Assembly (NCBI GenBank): GCA_016211945.1
Contig: JACRHV010000004.1
Coordinates: 66,649 to 130,648 of the forward strand
DNA from: Minisyncoccota bacterium
Lineage (GTDB): Bacteria > Patescibacteriota > Microgenomatia > UBA1400 > UBA12028
Reading direction: 5' to 3'
Length of the DNA stretch: 64,000 bases
A program made the translations under genes and the position numbers. Each line of letters begins with the position of its first letter. Positions within the stretch are counted from its first letter, which is position 1. Positions 47,963 through 58,602 of this stretch are shown here, one piece after another. Under the pieces are notes generated by a model. The model ran no database searches, was not told the DNA's origin, and worked only from the letters and a program-made list of their open reading frames with translations.

Positions 47963-49563
47963 TTTCTTGTATCGGTATATCCTAGTGATTCATTTCCTTC
48001 AGAAGAAATGAGTGTTGGTTTACTAAATTCGTTCAAGTCGGCCATCTGCCCAATAATGAGGGTGTTCGGAACTGTGAATTCATTTTGTATTGGAAATCCA
48101 AATCCAACTTTTTCAAACGCAACTTTAGCATATCCTTTTTCCTCTGCGCGTTGAATTATGCGCATGTCGTAATTTCCGTAGAATACAATCCACAAAAACA
48201 GTCGTTCATCTGCTAAAACTCGTATATTTTTGTATTCTTTCTCGTGATCTCGTACATATATTGCCATCGCTTTTCTACTCGCAGACCATGCTTCTGCTGA
48301 TCGTTGTGGATAGTGCGAAAAATAATCATGGATAAAGAAGATAGCGTTTAATGACAGTCCACCGCTTATCACTGCTATAAAAACAAATAAATGTTTTTGG
48401 TATAACCAAAAGAAAAGTTCGTACGCTCCAAAACCAACAAGTGAAATGAGCGGGATTAATCCATTCAATGATCGGAGAGCGTGTGGCGTATCGTACGGAA
48501 CTGATGCCGGAAGCAGCGCCACAATAAACCAACAAAGCAGAAAAATTCCGACTTTCCTATATCTCTTTGCACACACATAGATACCCACAACAAGAAATGG
48601 AATGTATGAAAAATACAGAATGCCAACAACTCCCGTGCCATGCCGTAAATTCTTATCACCGGTAACAAAAAGATAGGCTGGGTTAAGGTGATCTCCAACA
48701 TGACCCATCAATGTTTTTCCCGCGTAATAGTATCGATGATGGATAACTCGGGAAAACAATGTATTGTTATCTGCATCACGAAGTTCATTTGACCGTATCA
48801 CTGGATATGTATCTGAAACAATGTTTTTCGTCGAGTATCGGAGTATTTCCATTGGTCGATAATGGGGTGAGCGGATCATAGGGATTAGTGTGAAGAAAAA
48901 TACGAACAATCCCAACATTAAAGTGAAGAGACTTTGTCTCCATGTTTTTTTTCTGAATGTGAGTACAAAAACCGCGATAAATAGTACAGGAAAAACGAAG
49001 CGAACGCTGAAGTATGAGTACGTCGCTACTCCACCCATCAAACCAGCAACAACACTCATCCAAGCCCTTTTTTGTATCGTGAAGGCACAAAGCACTGAAA
49101 CAAGTAACATCATTTGTCCTACATGCCCTTCAAAACCTGTTCTTGAAAAGAGAAGGCTCCATGGCGTGATTGCCAAAAGAAACGCCGTTGAGAGCGCAAT
49201 CACTTCCTTTCTCTTGTGTGACGAAAAGAGAAGGCATATGAGGTGATATACACAATACACAGAAATTACACCCGCAATTGCTGATGGAAGTCGAACGGCA
49301 AATTCTGTCGCACCAAAAAACTTTACTGTGAGACTGGCTAACCAAATGTAGACGGGAAGCTTAAAATCTCCATAGGAAGGAAAAATTGGCTGGTACCACG
49401 CATTTCCGTGAATATCGCGGCCCGTTTGCGCGATCGACTTTGCATCAACACCGATCGCAACCTCATCAATATACATGCTTGCGGGAACAGTCCCAAGTTT
49501 ATAGAGACGCAGTGCTGCAGCAACGACAAGAATGATGAGAAGAAGTATTGTGTTATTCTTCAT
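47959..49563 (-). CDS. PMT_2/ArnT-like GT-C membrane glycosyltransferase (tandem paralog 2 of 4)
   Basis: ASMYIDEVAIGVDAKSIAQTGRDIHGNAWYQPIFPSYGDFKLPVYIW and a later GDKNLRHGTG. Start placed at MKNNTILLL (4-nt overlap). Confidence 0.7.
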   Translation of the reverse strand: MKNNTILLLIILVVAAALRLYKLGTVPASMYIDEVAIGVDAKSIAQTGRDIHGNAWYQPIFPSYGDFKLPVYIWLASLTVKFFGATEFAVRLPSAIAGVISVYCVYHLICLLFSSHKRKEVIALSTAFLLAITPWSLLFSRTGFEGHVGQMMLLVSVLCAFTIQKRAWMSVVAGLMGGVATYSYFSVRFVFPVLFIAVFVLTFRKKTWRQSLFTLMLGLFVFFFTLIPMIRSPHYRPMEILRYSTKNIVSDTYPVIRSNELRDADNNTLFSRVIHHRYYYAGKTLMGHVGDHLNPAYLFVTGDKNLRHGTGVVGILYFSYIPFLVVGIYVCAKRYRKVGIFLLCWFIVALLPASVPYDTPHALRSLNGLIPLISLVGFGAYELFFWLYQKHLFVFIAVISGGLSLNAIFFIHDYFSHYPQRSAEAWSASRKAMAIYVRDHEKEYKNIRVLADERLFLWIVFYGNYDMRIIQRAEEKGYAKVAFEKVGFGFPIQNEFTVPNTLIIGQMADLNEFSKPTLISSEGNESLGYTDTRK

Positions 49564-51194
49564 TTCTGCTCCCAAATATCCCAAACTACAGAACCGTTAG
49601 GTAAGTAAATGGACGTTTTCAATATGCTCGTGGACGGTCGTTTTCCCGGACTTGAAGCGACAAGCATTCCTTTGTCCAAAGGAATGGCAACACCAAATCG
49701 GTACGAACCGACCTCGAGTAATTCCTGTTGATCCTTAACCGCAACACGATCGTGTTCCTGCACTTTTTTTGGATCATACGCAGTAAAAAAGAGGTAATAT
49801 ATTGATGGCCTTCCCTGTTCACGCGTGATAAAAACTTTTTGGTCGGGTTTTTTGTTTCTCTCCAATGCAGATATGAGCTCACGATACCCGAACTGCCAGT
49901 CGCGAGCCGATGCAGATGCGTAATGAGTGAAATAATAGTGAAGGTACATCGTGAGATCGAAAAGAATCCAAGTTGTTAAAACAAAAAAAAGAACACCTTT
50001 TAACATGACGTGCTTTATGTGTAAAACTCCTTCAAAGATTCTTATTCCTCCAATCGCTGACAGAAAGGCAAATGCCGGTGAGGAGATAAGAAAACGTAGC
50101 GTATGGGGCGAAACCGTTGTCAATGCAGCCGGAATACCTGCGAGGCCAATCCACATTAGGATGAGCCAATACTCCTTTTTCTTTTTTTCCATCATGACGT
50201 ACAATCCAACAAGTAATGTAAAAAACTCCCAATGATGAAGTACTCCAAATTCTTGTGTCCCGTGCCGCATATTGTCATCACCGTATAGAAAAAGAAAATC
50301 CGGTGAAAATTGCGCGAAATATTTTGAGGCAAAAAGGTGACCAAACACAATGACTCGATGATGCATAAGTTTTGATATAACTCCACCACCATCTTGATCC
50401 CGTAGTGTATTACTCTCAACGATCGGTTGGAGGAGGGAAAATATGCTCGTTTCAGTTGCACGTTGTGCAATGATAGGAGACCTCGCATTCCACAAGATGG
50501 GGACAAACATAACACACACGGTGCAGAACGCAACCACGCACGCCTTTCGATCTTTCCAGTACTCTTTGAACCATAAAAAACCGATTCCCATACCTAAAAG
50601 CGGCGCAACAATACGTGCAGAATGATATGTATATAAAGATAATCCCATGCTCACTGCAGCAAAAAGCAAAAACCACGGATGTTTTCTTGCCCTGACCATC
50701 GCCCATATACCAAGCACAATAAAAAAAGTTGCGAGATTTGTTTCAAACCCAACCCTTGATATCTGTATGCTCCAGGGTTGTACGGCATAGAACATTACCG
50801 CAAGTAGTCCAATGCGCTCATCCCATAATTCTTTTGCGAGAAAATACAAGACAATGACAATCCCTACTCCAGCAAGTATCGACGGCATGCGAACCGCGAG
50901 AACATCAAGGCCAAATACCTGAATAAAAGGAACTATCGTGTAAAAATAGAGAGAAGGTTTATAGTCGCCAAATGAGGGAAATGCGAGCAACGGAAATGCA
51001 TTCCCGTGGTAATCTTTCCCTGTTTTTAGAATTGAGTACGCATCGTAACCCAATGCAGCTTCTTCCCAGTATGGAGAAGGCGGAATCGTTGTCACTCGAT
51101 ACAGTCGCAAAAACAGCGCAAGTACAACAATACCAACAACAGCCCATCGATATATCCAAGCTCTTTTCTCTGTTTTCTTTTCCATTGTACTCAT
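49560..51194 (-). CDS. PMT_2/ArnT-like GT-C membrane glycosyltransferase (tandem paralog 3 of 4)
   Basis: PSPYWEEAALGYDAYSILKTGKDYHGNAFPLLAFPSFGDYKPSLYFY and a later GDDNMRHGTQ. Confidence 0.7.
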   Translation of the reverse strand: MSTMEKKTEKRAWIYRWAVVGIVVLALFLRLYRVTTIPPSPYWEEAALGYDAYSILKTGKDYHGNAFPLLAFPSFGDYKPSLYFYTIVPFIQVFGLDVLAVRMPSILAGVGIVIVLYFLAKELWDERIGLLAVMFYAVQPWSIQISRVGFETNLATFFIVLGIWAMVRARKHPWFLLFAAVSMGLSLYTYHSARIVAPLLGMGIGFLWFKEYWKDRKACVVAFCTVCVMFVPILWNARSPIIAQRATETSIFSLLQPIVESNTLRDQDGGGVISKLMHHRVIVFGHLFASKYFAQFSPDFLFLYGDDNMRHGTQEFGVLHHWEFFTLLVGLYVMMEKKKKEYWLILMWIGLAGIPAALTTVSPHTLRFLISSPAFAFLSAIGGIRIFEGVLHIKHVMLKGVLFFVLTTWILFDLTMYLHYYFTHYASASARDWQFGYRELISALERNKKPDQKVFITREQGRPSIYYLFFTAYDPKKVQEHDRVAVKDQQELLEVGSYRFGVAIPLDKGMLVASSPGKRPSTSILKTSIYLPNGSVVWDIWEQK

Positions 51195-51204
51195 CTCTTT
51201 TTTC

Positions 51205-52725
51205 CTAGAGTTGCACGATGCGGAACACCACCGACCCATCTGGGTAGTAGATTTCCTTCACGATGTGTTCTGCATTGGCCGGAATTTCCTGTGGTGTTCC
51301 GATAAGCAGCAGACTTTTTCTGTTCCTATCTTCATCCCATTTTATATCTCGAATTTCGTAGTTTGCCAACGCACCCTGATTGTATTGTATCGGGGTGAGT
51401 CGCTTGAAAAACACCATGTAGATGTATGGTTGACCGTATGCGCTTGTGAGAAGTACCTTCTCCACATCCTTCTCTTTTGACCGAGCGTACCGAATTGCCT
51501 GTTCGTATCCGTACTGAAAATCTTTTGCTGCCACGATAGTGTAGATGTGTACATACCAATATCCATATATCACTGTCTGCAACACGACGAGTATTATCGA
51601 AATATATACAAATATCTTTTTCTTTTTTTCCGTAAAATACTCATACCAAAACATCCAACCAAATGCCGCAATAATCTGAACCCACGGTACAATGCCGTGT
51701 ATTCTGTTGCTGTTTGGTACCTCATTGCTCAGTGTTGCAGGCAAAATGCCGATAAGTACGCACAGGAACAACCAAGAATATTTCCTGTATACCTTCTTTT
51801 TCCAAAAGGAGAATATTCCACTGATCACAAAAAGGAATTCGAGATATGAGAGGATGCCGAAAGTACCATTTCCGTGACGCAAAGAATCCGTCTTCCCAAA
51901 GAGGAGAAACACTGGGTCAAGGTGAGTGAGTACGTTCTTTGTAATAACACGTCCTATTTCCCCCGGAGACTTGAGATTGTTCTTCGTCGAGATTGCTGAT
52001 GTCATAGAAAATCGCTCCACCGCCTTCCCGTATATCATTTCCTTTGCAAGTGGAAAGAGGAGTAATGCGCTCACTATACAGGCGAGGAATACCCAAACTT
52101 TCTGCTTTTTGATTGATGAAAAACACCAAACTCCTAGGACTAAAAGCAATAAGGGAACAGCAATTTTTGTGCTGTGATACGCGTACAACGACATGACAAA
52201 GCTCACTCCTGACAAAAGATATAACCATGGAACGTCTGCTGCATACAACAATAGTGCAGTTCCAACTGATACAAGACTTACCGCGATTCCAGACTCAAAT
52301 CCGATACGAGCAAAGTGAATATTGAGTGGTGAGAGCGCGACAGTTATCATGGCAACCAAGGCGAACACCTCCTGTTTCATCATTTTTCGTGCGATACCAT
52401 AAGTAGCAACAACCGTAATCAAACTTGCTACTGCCATGGGGAATCGAACTGCAAATCCATTGAGACCGAGAAGCGATGTCGATACTGCATCCGCATAGAT
52501 AGCAACTGCTGCCTTGTAGTCTCCAAAAGACTTGAAGGTAATTGGCATTCTGTTTAACCATTCGTCACGGTGCACTGTTGCAATGCCGAACCCGTTATAT
52601 CCAATTGCAGCCTCGTCCCAACTGAGTCCGACCGGAATTGAACCCAACCATGAAAAGCGGAGTATGAAAGCTATGAAAAGAACCGTGAAAAAGACGCGAT
52701 ACTTTACCAAAGTCTTATATATCAT
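51205..52725 (-). CDS. PMT_2/ArnT-like GT-C membrane glycosyltransferase (tandem paralog 4 of 4)
   Basis: VGLSWDEAAIGYNGFGIATVHRDEWLNRMPITFKSFGDYKAAVAIY and a later GKTDSLRHGNG. Start placed at MIYKTLVK (ATGA overlap with the next gene). Confidence 0.7.
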   Translation of the reverse strand: MIYKTLVKYRVFFTVLFIAFILRFSWLGSIPVGLSWDEAAIGYNGFGIATVHRDEWLNRMPITFKSFGDYKAAVAIYADAVSTSLLGLNGFAVRFPMAVASLITVVATYGIARKMMKQEVFALVAMITVALSPLNIHFARIGFESGIAVSLVSVGTALLLYAADVPWLYLLSGVSFVMSLYAYHSTKIAVPLLLLVLGVWCFSSIKKQKVWVFLACIVSALLLFPLAKEMIYGKAVERFSMTSAISTKNNLKSPGEIGRVITKNVLTHLDPVFLLFGKTDSLRHGNGTFGILSYLEFLFVISGIFSFWKKKVYRKYSWLFLCVLIGILPATLSNEVPNSNRIHGIVPWVQIIAAFGWMFWYEYFTEKKKKIFVYISIILVVLQTVIYGYWYVHIYTIVAAKDFQYGYEQAIRYARSKEKDVEKVLLTSAYGQPYIYMVFFKRLTPIQYNQGALANYEIRDIKWDEDRNRKSLLLIGTPQEIPANAEHIVKEIYYPDGSVVFRIVQL

Positions 52726-53630
52726 GTGCGTACCTTTTTTATCACAGCACCATCGGAAAGAGACCACAGTGGTGACACTTTCTTTCGTTTTTCAACCACT
52801 TCATGCATTTGAAGTAATGCCTGGCAGAATCCTAAAATAATGCGTCCTCGCGATCGCCATCCTCCAACGATCAAATGATAGGGAAGCCAAAGAAGATGTG
52901 AAAGAAAGATTTGCGGATCAGTGACATTCTTCCACAAAAAAAGGAAGCTATTTTTGTATGACATCACGTCCATAACCTCTTTTCCAAAAACCGTGGAGTT
53001 TGTTGATTCGTGTCCATGTACGACGAAAGCTTTAGGCTCAAAGAGTACGAACCATCCATGCTTCCACGCGCGATAACTGATATCAATATCTTCGTAATAT
53101 GCAGGTCTGTAGAGATTATCCATACCACCGATCAGCTGCCAATACGATTTTCTCACCATCATGCTACCGCCAGTAGCCCACATGGTCCTACCGGGTTGAA
53201 AATTTTGTGCTCGATTATGCATAAACATACCTCGAGAAAAACGACCAGTGCTCTTCCCGCTTATTTGACCGGAAGGTGCGTGTTCTAAACATCCGACAGC
53301 AAATATGTCAATATCTTTAAAATGCGGAAGAAGGTATGCTTTTACGTTTGCATTGGGTGATACATCATTATTTAGGAGCAATATAAATTCGTTTTTTGCT
53401 TGTTCTATCCCATTATTGCATGTATCAGCGTACCTTTTGTTCTCGTTATTTTTCACTATTTTCACTCGAGGGTAATTCTTGCTCAAGTAACTCATTGAGT
53501 CATCGGTAGAGGCGTCGTCAACCACGATAATCTCATCATTTTTCTCGAGTGCTAAAATTACACTTGGCAAATGCTTCTCAAGTAAGTCTCGACCATTGAA
53601 GTTTGGTATCACGACACTGATGTTCATCAA
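52722..53630 (-). CDS. family 2 glycosyltransferase
   Basis: ISVVIPNFNGRDLLEKHLPSVI...IIVVDDASTDDS...LLNNDVSP. Confidence 0.8.
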   Translation of the reverse strand: MMNISVVIPNFNGRDLLEKHLPSVILALEKNDEIIVVDDASTDDSMSYLSKNYPRVKIVKNNENKRYADTCNNGIEQAKNEFILLLNNDVSPNANVKAYLLPHFKDIDIFAVGCLEHAPSGQISGKSTGRFSRGMFMHNRAQNFQPGRTMWATGGSMMVRKSYWQLIGGMDNLYRPAYYEDIDISYRAWKHGWFVLFEPKAFVVHGHESTNSTVFGKEVMDVMSYKNSFLFLWKNVTDPQIFLSHLLWLPYHLIVGGWRSRGRIILGFCQALLQMHEVVEKRKKVSPLWSLSDGAVIKKVRT

Positions 53631-54757
53631 ATCATCTCCTCAAGTGTCTTATGAAAAGTATCCTTATTAAACTGCATGGCCTTTTCCCGCGCCTCCTGGC
53701 GCATTTTGTTCGTCAAAACATGATTATTCATACATGTCAGACTGTACTTCACGATATCATCCTCTGTGTCGCAAAGAAATCCTTGGATCCCGTGATCAAT
53801 AATCTCCGGTGTACCCCCCTTGCCTATAACAATAGGTATTGCACCGGAAGACATAGCCTCAACAATAGAGATCCCAAAGTGCTCAACCTTCTTTGGCTCT
53901 TTTCCCGAGTCGATACCGAAACCAGCGGCATGCCAGTACAATGATGCGTGCGAATAATATTGACGTAAAACGTCGAATGATGCGTCATGGAGTATCTTGA
54001 TGGGATACCCCTTCGCCGCCGCTGCCACTTGCTGCGCATATTTTTGATTATCCTCTCCTGGATCTACCGTACCAATAAGCACGAGTCTCCATCCCTGTGC
54101 GACCTTCATATCGATGAGTGTTTTAAAGGTCTCAACTAAGATATCTTGTCTTTTACAGTGTAATCCTGATTTTTCTCCCGTAAAAAAACGGCCAACGGAA
54201 AGAATGATGTGTTCTTTTTTTGCTGGAACAAAAATCTCGTGATCAATAAAGGGGTAATGCACATATTGAATTGGAACCTTCCATGCATGCTCAACAACTT
54301 TTTTTGTAAAAATAGAGTTTGCGTTTCTAGTGCTCCATTGATGCAACTTTAATCTTTCTACCACTCCGCAAATGGGTGTGGTAAACGGGAATTGAATGTG
54401 AACAATATTTTTTCTCGCCCCAGAGAAAAAAAAGCTCCCGTCGGTGAGATAATACATGACGTCATAGGGAAGTGTTTCTCGAAAGATTTGCAGTGGATGA
54501 GATCGCACTCCCAGAGAGGTAAACTTAAAATGAACACGTGAAAGGTTCAAATGAAAAGCTTGTTCATATCTTTTTCGGAGAACATCTTGGTCGGGAATGG
54601 CAGAAAAAATTCTTTCCACTATATCACTGCGAACGAGAATAACAACGTCGTGGTGAATACTCGCACACTCAGCGACAGAAAAAATGTACCGCTCACCGCC
54701 TCCAAAATGCTCGGGAATATATGGGGAATAGATCCCTATACGTTTTCTTTTTGCCAT
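53627..54757 (-). CDS. family 4 glycosyltransferase
   Basis: KVEHFGISIVEAMSSGAIPIVIGKGGTPEIIDHGIQGFLC. Confidence 0.8.
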   Translation of the reverse strand: MAKRKRIGIYSPYIPEHFGGGERYIFSVAECASIHHDVVILVRSDIVERIFSAIPDQDVLRKRYEQAFHLNLSRVHFKFTSLGVRSHPLQIFRETLPYDVMYYLTDGSFFFSGARKNIVHIQFPFTTPICGVVERLKLHQWSTRNANSIFTKKVVEHAWKVPIQYVHYPFIDHEIFVPAKKEHIILSVGRFFTGEKSGLHCKRQDILVETFKTLIDMKVAQGWRLVLIGTVDPGEDNQKYAQQVAAAAKGYPIKILHDASFDVLRQYYSHASLYWHAAGFGIDSGKEPKKVEHFGISIVEAMSSGAIPIVIGKGGTPEIIDHGIQGFLCDTEDDIVKYSLTCMNNHVLTNKMRQEAREKAMQFNKDTFHKTLEEMI

Positions 54758-55560
54758 ACGCGGACAATATCCTTTTCAAGCTTTTCATACGTTTCACGCA
54801 GCGATGGGTTCTGTTGGAGTTCCCAAAGACGTTCATAGACCATAAATCTATTCATCGACTGCACCATCGCCTCGATAACTCCTTGCGTTCCGTCCCTGTA
54901 TGCTTTCAATGCAATCATGCGATAGAGAAAGTCCCAAATCACAACCTTCAGCAGGCGTAGAGCACTCATTTGAGGATGATGCGCATTGAAAAGCAGACGA
55001 GCCTCTATTTCCGTCCATTCGTACGATTTCTTTAGTCCATCGACCATGTTTCGATGTGTGAGATGTACGAGTGGTTCATGAAGGTCAGCAGTTGATCCCG
55101 TAATTTCTGCGTGCTCATGGACATCTCCCTCCCATTGTTTTATTGCTTGTGTCTGAAACAACCGCACAAGTTTGTCATACTGCCAGCCACCGTGCTGCAT
55201 CCACTTTCCATAATGGATATTATTTCTTGGTATTCTATACGCGGAGTGCGCTCCAACGCTGGATATGACCTGCTGAATTTCTTTCTTTAATGTGGGGGTT
55301 ACACGTTCATCGGCATCAATGTACAGCACCCACGAGGTCTTAACCTGTTTTAATCCAAGATTCCGCAACTCGGCAAGACCAAGACCTTGTGCGGAAACAA
55401 CGTTGGCACCTTGTCTTTCTGCAAGCTGCGATGTTCTGTCTTCGGACCCATTGTCAATCACAACAACAGCATGACACCATCGAACTGTGTCTATGCAGTT
55501 TGCAATCATGGATTCTTCATTTTTTGCGATGATAACAGCGGTAATCTTTTGTTCTGACAT
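54736..55560 (-). CDS. family 2 glycosyltransferase (WaaE-like subgroup)
   Basis: ITAVIIAKNEESMIANCIDTVRWCHAVVVIDNGSEDRT...YIDADERV. Start placed at MSEQKIT, which is preceded by GGAAGGAG. Confidence 0.75.
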   Translation of the reverse strand: MSEQKITAVIIAKNEESMIANCIDTVRWCHAVVVIDNGSEDRTSQLAERQGANVVSAQGLGLAELRNLGLKQVKTSWVLYIDADERVTPTLKKEIQQVISSVGAHSAYRIPRNNIHYGKWMQHGGWQYDKLVRLFQTQAIKQWEGDVHEHAEITGSTADLHEPLVHLTHRNMVDGLKKSYEWTEIEARLLFNAHHPQMSALRLLKVVIWDFLYRMIALKAYRDGTQGVIEAMVQSMNRFMVYERLWELQQNPSLRETYEKLEKDIVRVWQKENV

Positions 55561-55591
55561 AGACTCCTTCCCGTTTTCTCCATTGTACAGG

Positions 55592-57649
55592 TTATTTTCT
55601 CCCATGCAGACGGTCTTGTACAACAAGATAGAGATTCCACCATAATTCCCGCGGGTCTCGCAGACATGAAAGCGGAGATTTTTTGCAGTTTGTGACAAAT
55701 CGAATAGAAGGAAAATGCGTGGTTTCGTTGTCTATGATGAGATCTACCGCTGTACTTCCCGCCTGCTTCCCATCAATATCAATAAAATACTCTCCCTTCG
55801 ATGTTTCGGGTTGCTGAATCGTTATCTGTCCACAAATCTCTTTTTTGCATCTGATCATTGGATTCTGTTGCGCCATTGTGGATCGTCTTTGATCGTCTCT
55901 AAGATGTATTACGATACGAATAGGGTTTCTCCCCATCATTGCATAGGCCGTATCAAGTCTTATCGTGGACTGTTGCATGCTGATCGGATTTCTTTGTTCT
56001 TCTGGAGCATATGCCTGACGGTAGGTAACATCTTGTCCTCCATGGATGTTCTTTATCTCAGGAAAATACGTGACTCCCCGTTGTGTTTTTCGCTCACGCA
56101 GTATCTTTGAACCATCCTTCATCATCTCGAGAAGATCTCCATTAAGCACAGACAGTTTGGGTAGTTCGGGACCTTCAAACTCAAAATAGTCATTCGTAAA
56201 AAATATGTTCACTTCATTATTGTTCTCTGTTTCGTACGACAACGCGATCGAGTTCGAATCTCGCACACTTTTGATCTTGCCATTTTTCTGCGCCATGGGA
56301 AACACCAAAGCCGCGGTGTCTTGATAAAGATCATTCAATATCGCGTTTTTTTCTGTTCGTACCGGCGTTTTCTTCGTCATTTTCCACCATATCTTATCCC
56401 ACAGTTTTGTTGGGAGATATGCGGGTTGTTCAGTATTTCTAAATCGAGACCCATCCAAGACAAACGGCGTGATCCAGTACGCATTTGGGGTACTCACCGG
56501 CATCGTGGCGTAGGGATCTTCCAGTGCTGAACTATAGATACGAAGATCGGTGAGTTTTACCTGATGTCCTGTTCGAATCAGTCGCGCTCGATATGATGGT
56601 GTCGATATCCAAAATGCCTGATGTGTTACTCCATTACTTTCTGTCTCTCCTTCAGAAAATTGTATAAAGGGTTGTGCTAGTAATCGATGTTTTACTTCCT
56701 TTGCGTATGTTGTGATCGTGGGCTGCCAAACATCCGAATGCTCTTTCAGAATTTTTTCGATATATGCTAATTGACGTATGTACTCTCGCTGGACATCCGA
56801 TGGCATTGTGTTTTCCAAACCAATGACCGTGGCACCGTTCCCCTTCACTAGTGATTGGTCGACTAGATGGACAAAGTATTCAAAACCACGAGAAGCAAGT
56901 GTGTAGTCATTCGGTTGGGAGGTGGTACTGCTCGTTGTATCTCCATAGTTCAGTACTGGATCAGGAATGGTTTGTCGAATCATCACGAGTGGAAGTGTGT
57001 CTTTCCCCTGTGATGGAACAAGCGGCCATCGGGTACTTGGAAGGTATGGACCCTGGAAAGGTCCACCATACAAGGTATAACTATCGGTGCCCCATTGCTC
57101 GCGCGTCAGTTCGTGCACCTCTACTCCATACTGACTGGAAAGGTAGTTGAGCGACCACGCGTCGATCATCCATGCAACCGTTATCTTTGGAAAAACGGCA
57201 AACGTCTTCTTGTATTGAGTCATGTATGTATCAATAAGAGCTTTTCGATCCTTCACGGAATATCCCAATAAATACGCATTTTTTGCTTTATACCATCGAT
57301 CTTCTGGGCCTTCATAACGAACGTGTGCATCGACCGCTAAACTCGGAATAATCTCTAAAAATGCCGCTGCTTCTATTTCCTGAGATGGCAACTGCTGGTG
57401 TATCAGTGAAACCATTGCCTCGTTTTGCAACGCATCGTATCGAAACGCAAATGCGGCTTTCAAATGATGCTGGGTTATCGAGTCCACCTGCAATCGTAGA
57501 GCGTCAACAGATCCGGGATCACAGCACGATGCACCTCGAACCTGATTGATGATGAGAAGTGCGGATGAGATTTCTTGTGATTGTGCGCGCACATATTGCG
57601 GAAAAAATGAAAAGAAAAAGAGTATGAAAAAAAGAAAAAACCGAGTCAT
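55592..57649 (-). CDS. secreted or envelope protein of unknown function (685 aa) with an N-terminal signal peptide
   Basis: MTRFFLFFILFFFSFFPQYVRA|QSQE gives a Sec signal with an AXA-like cleavage site. The remainder is hydrophilic with an S/T-rich patch DTTSSTTSQPND and no recognised catalytic motif. Confidence 0.5.
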   Translation of the reverse strand: MTRFFLFFILFFFSFFPQYVRAQSQEISSALLIINQVRGASCCDPGSVDALRLQVDSITQHHLKAAFAFRYDALQNEAMVSLIHQQLPSQEIEAAAFLEIIPSLAVDAHVRYEGPEDRWYKAKNAYLLGYSVKDRKALIDTYMTQYKKTFAVFPKITVAWMIDAWSLNYLSSQYGVEVHELTREQWGTDSYTLYGGPFQGPYLPSTRWPLVPSQGKDTLPLVMIRQTIPDPVLNYGDTTSSTTSQPNDYTLASRGFEYFVHLVDQSLVKGNGATVIGLENTMPSDVQREYIRQLAYIEKILKEHSDVWQPTITTYAKEVKHRLLAQPFIQFSEGETESNGVTHQAFWISTPSYRARLIRTGHQVKLTDLRIYSSALEDPYATMPVSTPNAYWITPFVLDGSRFRNTEQPAYLPTKLWDKIWWKMTKKTPVRTEKNAILNDLYQDTAALVFPMAQKNGKIKSVRDSNSIALSYETENNNEVNIFFTNDYFEFEGPELPKLSVLNGDLLEMMKDGSKILRERKTQRGVTYFPEIKNIHGGQDVTYRQAYAPEEQRNPISMQQSTIRLDTAYAMMGRNPIRIVIHLRDDQRRSTMAQQNPMIRCKKEICGQITIQQPETSKGEYFIDIDGKQAGSTAVDLIIDNETTHFPSIRFVTNCKKSPLSCLRDPRELWWNLYLVVQDRLHGRK

Positions 57650-58602
57650 CGTCCTCTCTTTGCGTGAAACTCTTGACGCTTCCCATATCTATGGATGAGA
57701 ACATCAAAGGCGGAAGAGCGCAAAGTCACATCCCTCGATCCCAACAGTGAGAAAAGTTCACGAAGTAATGCGAGTTTTGTTCGAAAAGATGCGTAACGCA
57801 AACCATACATAAACCGATTTCTCGTCTGATAATACGCATGCATCCGTGATCCACTTCCTCCTGTTGATCCCGCATTTTTATGCCATATGACTGCTGACGG
57901 AACATACCATACCGATCCCTTTTTCCTTCTCACACGTTCACAATACTCCAAATCTTCAAGATACATAAAATAGGAGGTATTCCACGATCCCACGACCTCC
58001 CAGGTCTTCTTTGAGACAACCATACAACAACCTGTCGCAAAATCAGTTTCTTCTTCATCATCACATTGTCCTCGGTCTATCTCGTCAACATTACGATGCC
58101 AACCAAACACATTTTTCTTGTCGATATTTCCCCCCGCATACCAAATCACCCTACCTATTTCATCTTTCTTATAGGTTTCTTTATGAAATTCATATCCTTT
58201 CTCAAAATAGATTTTGGGAGAAGCCACACAGATCTCATTTTGGTGTTGAATACTCCACTTTCCAATATTTTGAATAGAGTTTTCCTCAACGCGCGTGTCA
58301 TTGTTCAAAAAAATAACTCCATCGGCGTGAAGCGACTCAAACGCATACTTGGCACCAAGATTATTCGCCCCAGAAAATCCAAGATTTTTTGACTCGATAC
58401 TATGGACATTAGGATATGCTTTTTTTATTTCATTGCTTTGATTTTCTTTGCGATCATCGTCTTCTTCATTTACGATAACAACATCGTATGTAAAGTTTGC
58501 TGTTTTTGACTGGAAAATCGAGTGTAAACACTCGAGTGTATCGTGAAGACCATAGTAATTGAGGATAATGACGGCGAGATGATATTTTATATTGGAATTC
58601 AT
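57646..58602 (-). CDS. family 2 glycosyltransferase
   Basis: LAVIILNYYGLHDTLECLHSIFQ...VVIVNEEDDD...FLNNDTRVEE. Confidence 0.8.
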   Translation of the reverse strand: MNSNIKYHLAVIILNYYGLHDTLECLHSIFQSKTANFTYDVVIVNEEDDDRKENQSNEIKKAYPNVHSIESKNLGFSGANNLGAKYAFESLHADGVIFLNNDTRVEENSIQNIGKWSIQHQNEICVASPKIYFEKGYEFHKETYKKDEIGRVIWYAGGNIDKKNVFGWHRNVDEIDRGQCDDEEETDFATGCCMVVSKKTWEVVGSWNTSYFMYLEDLEYCERVRRKKGSVWYVPSAVIWHKNAGSTGGSGSRMHAYYQTRNRFMYGLRYASFRTKLALLRELFSLLGSRDVTLRSSAFDVLIHRYGKRQEFHAKRGR

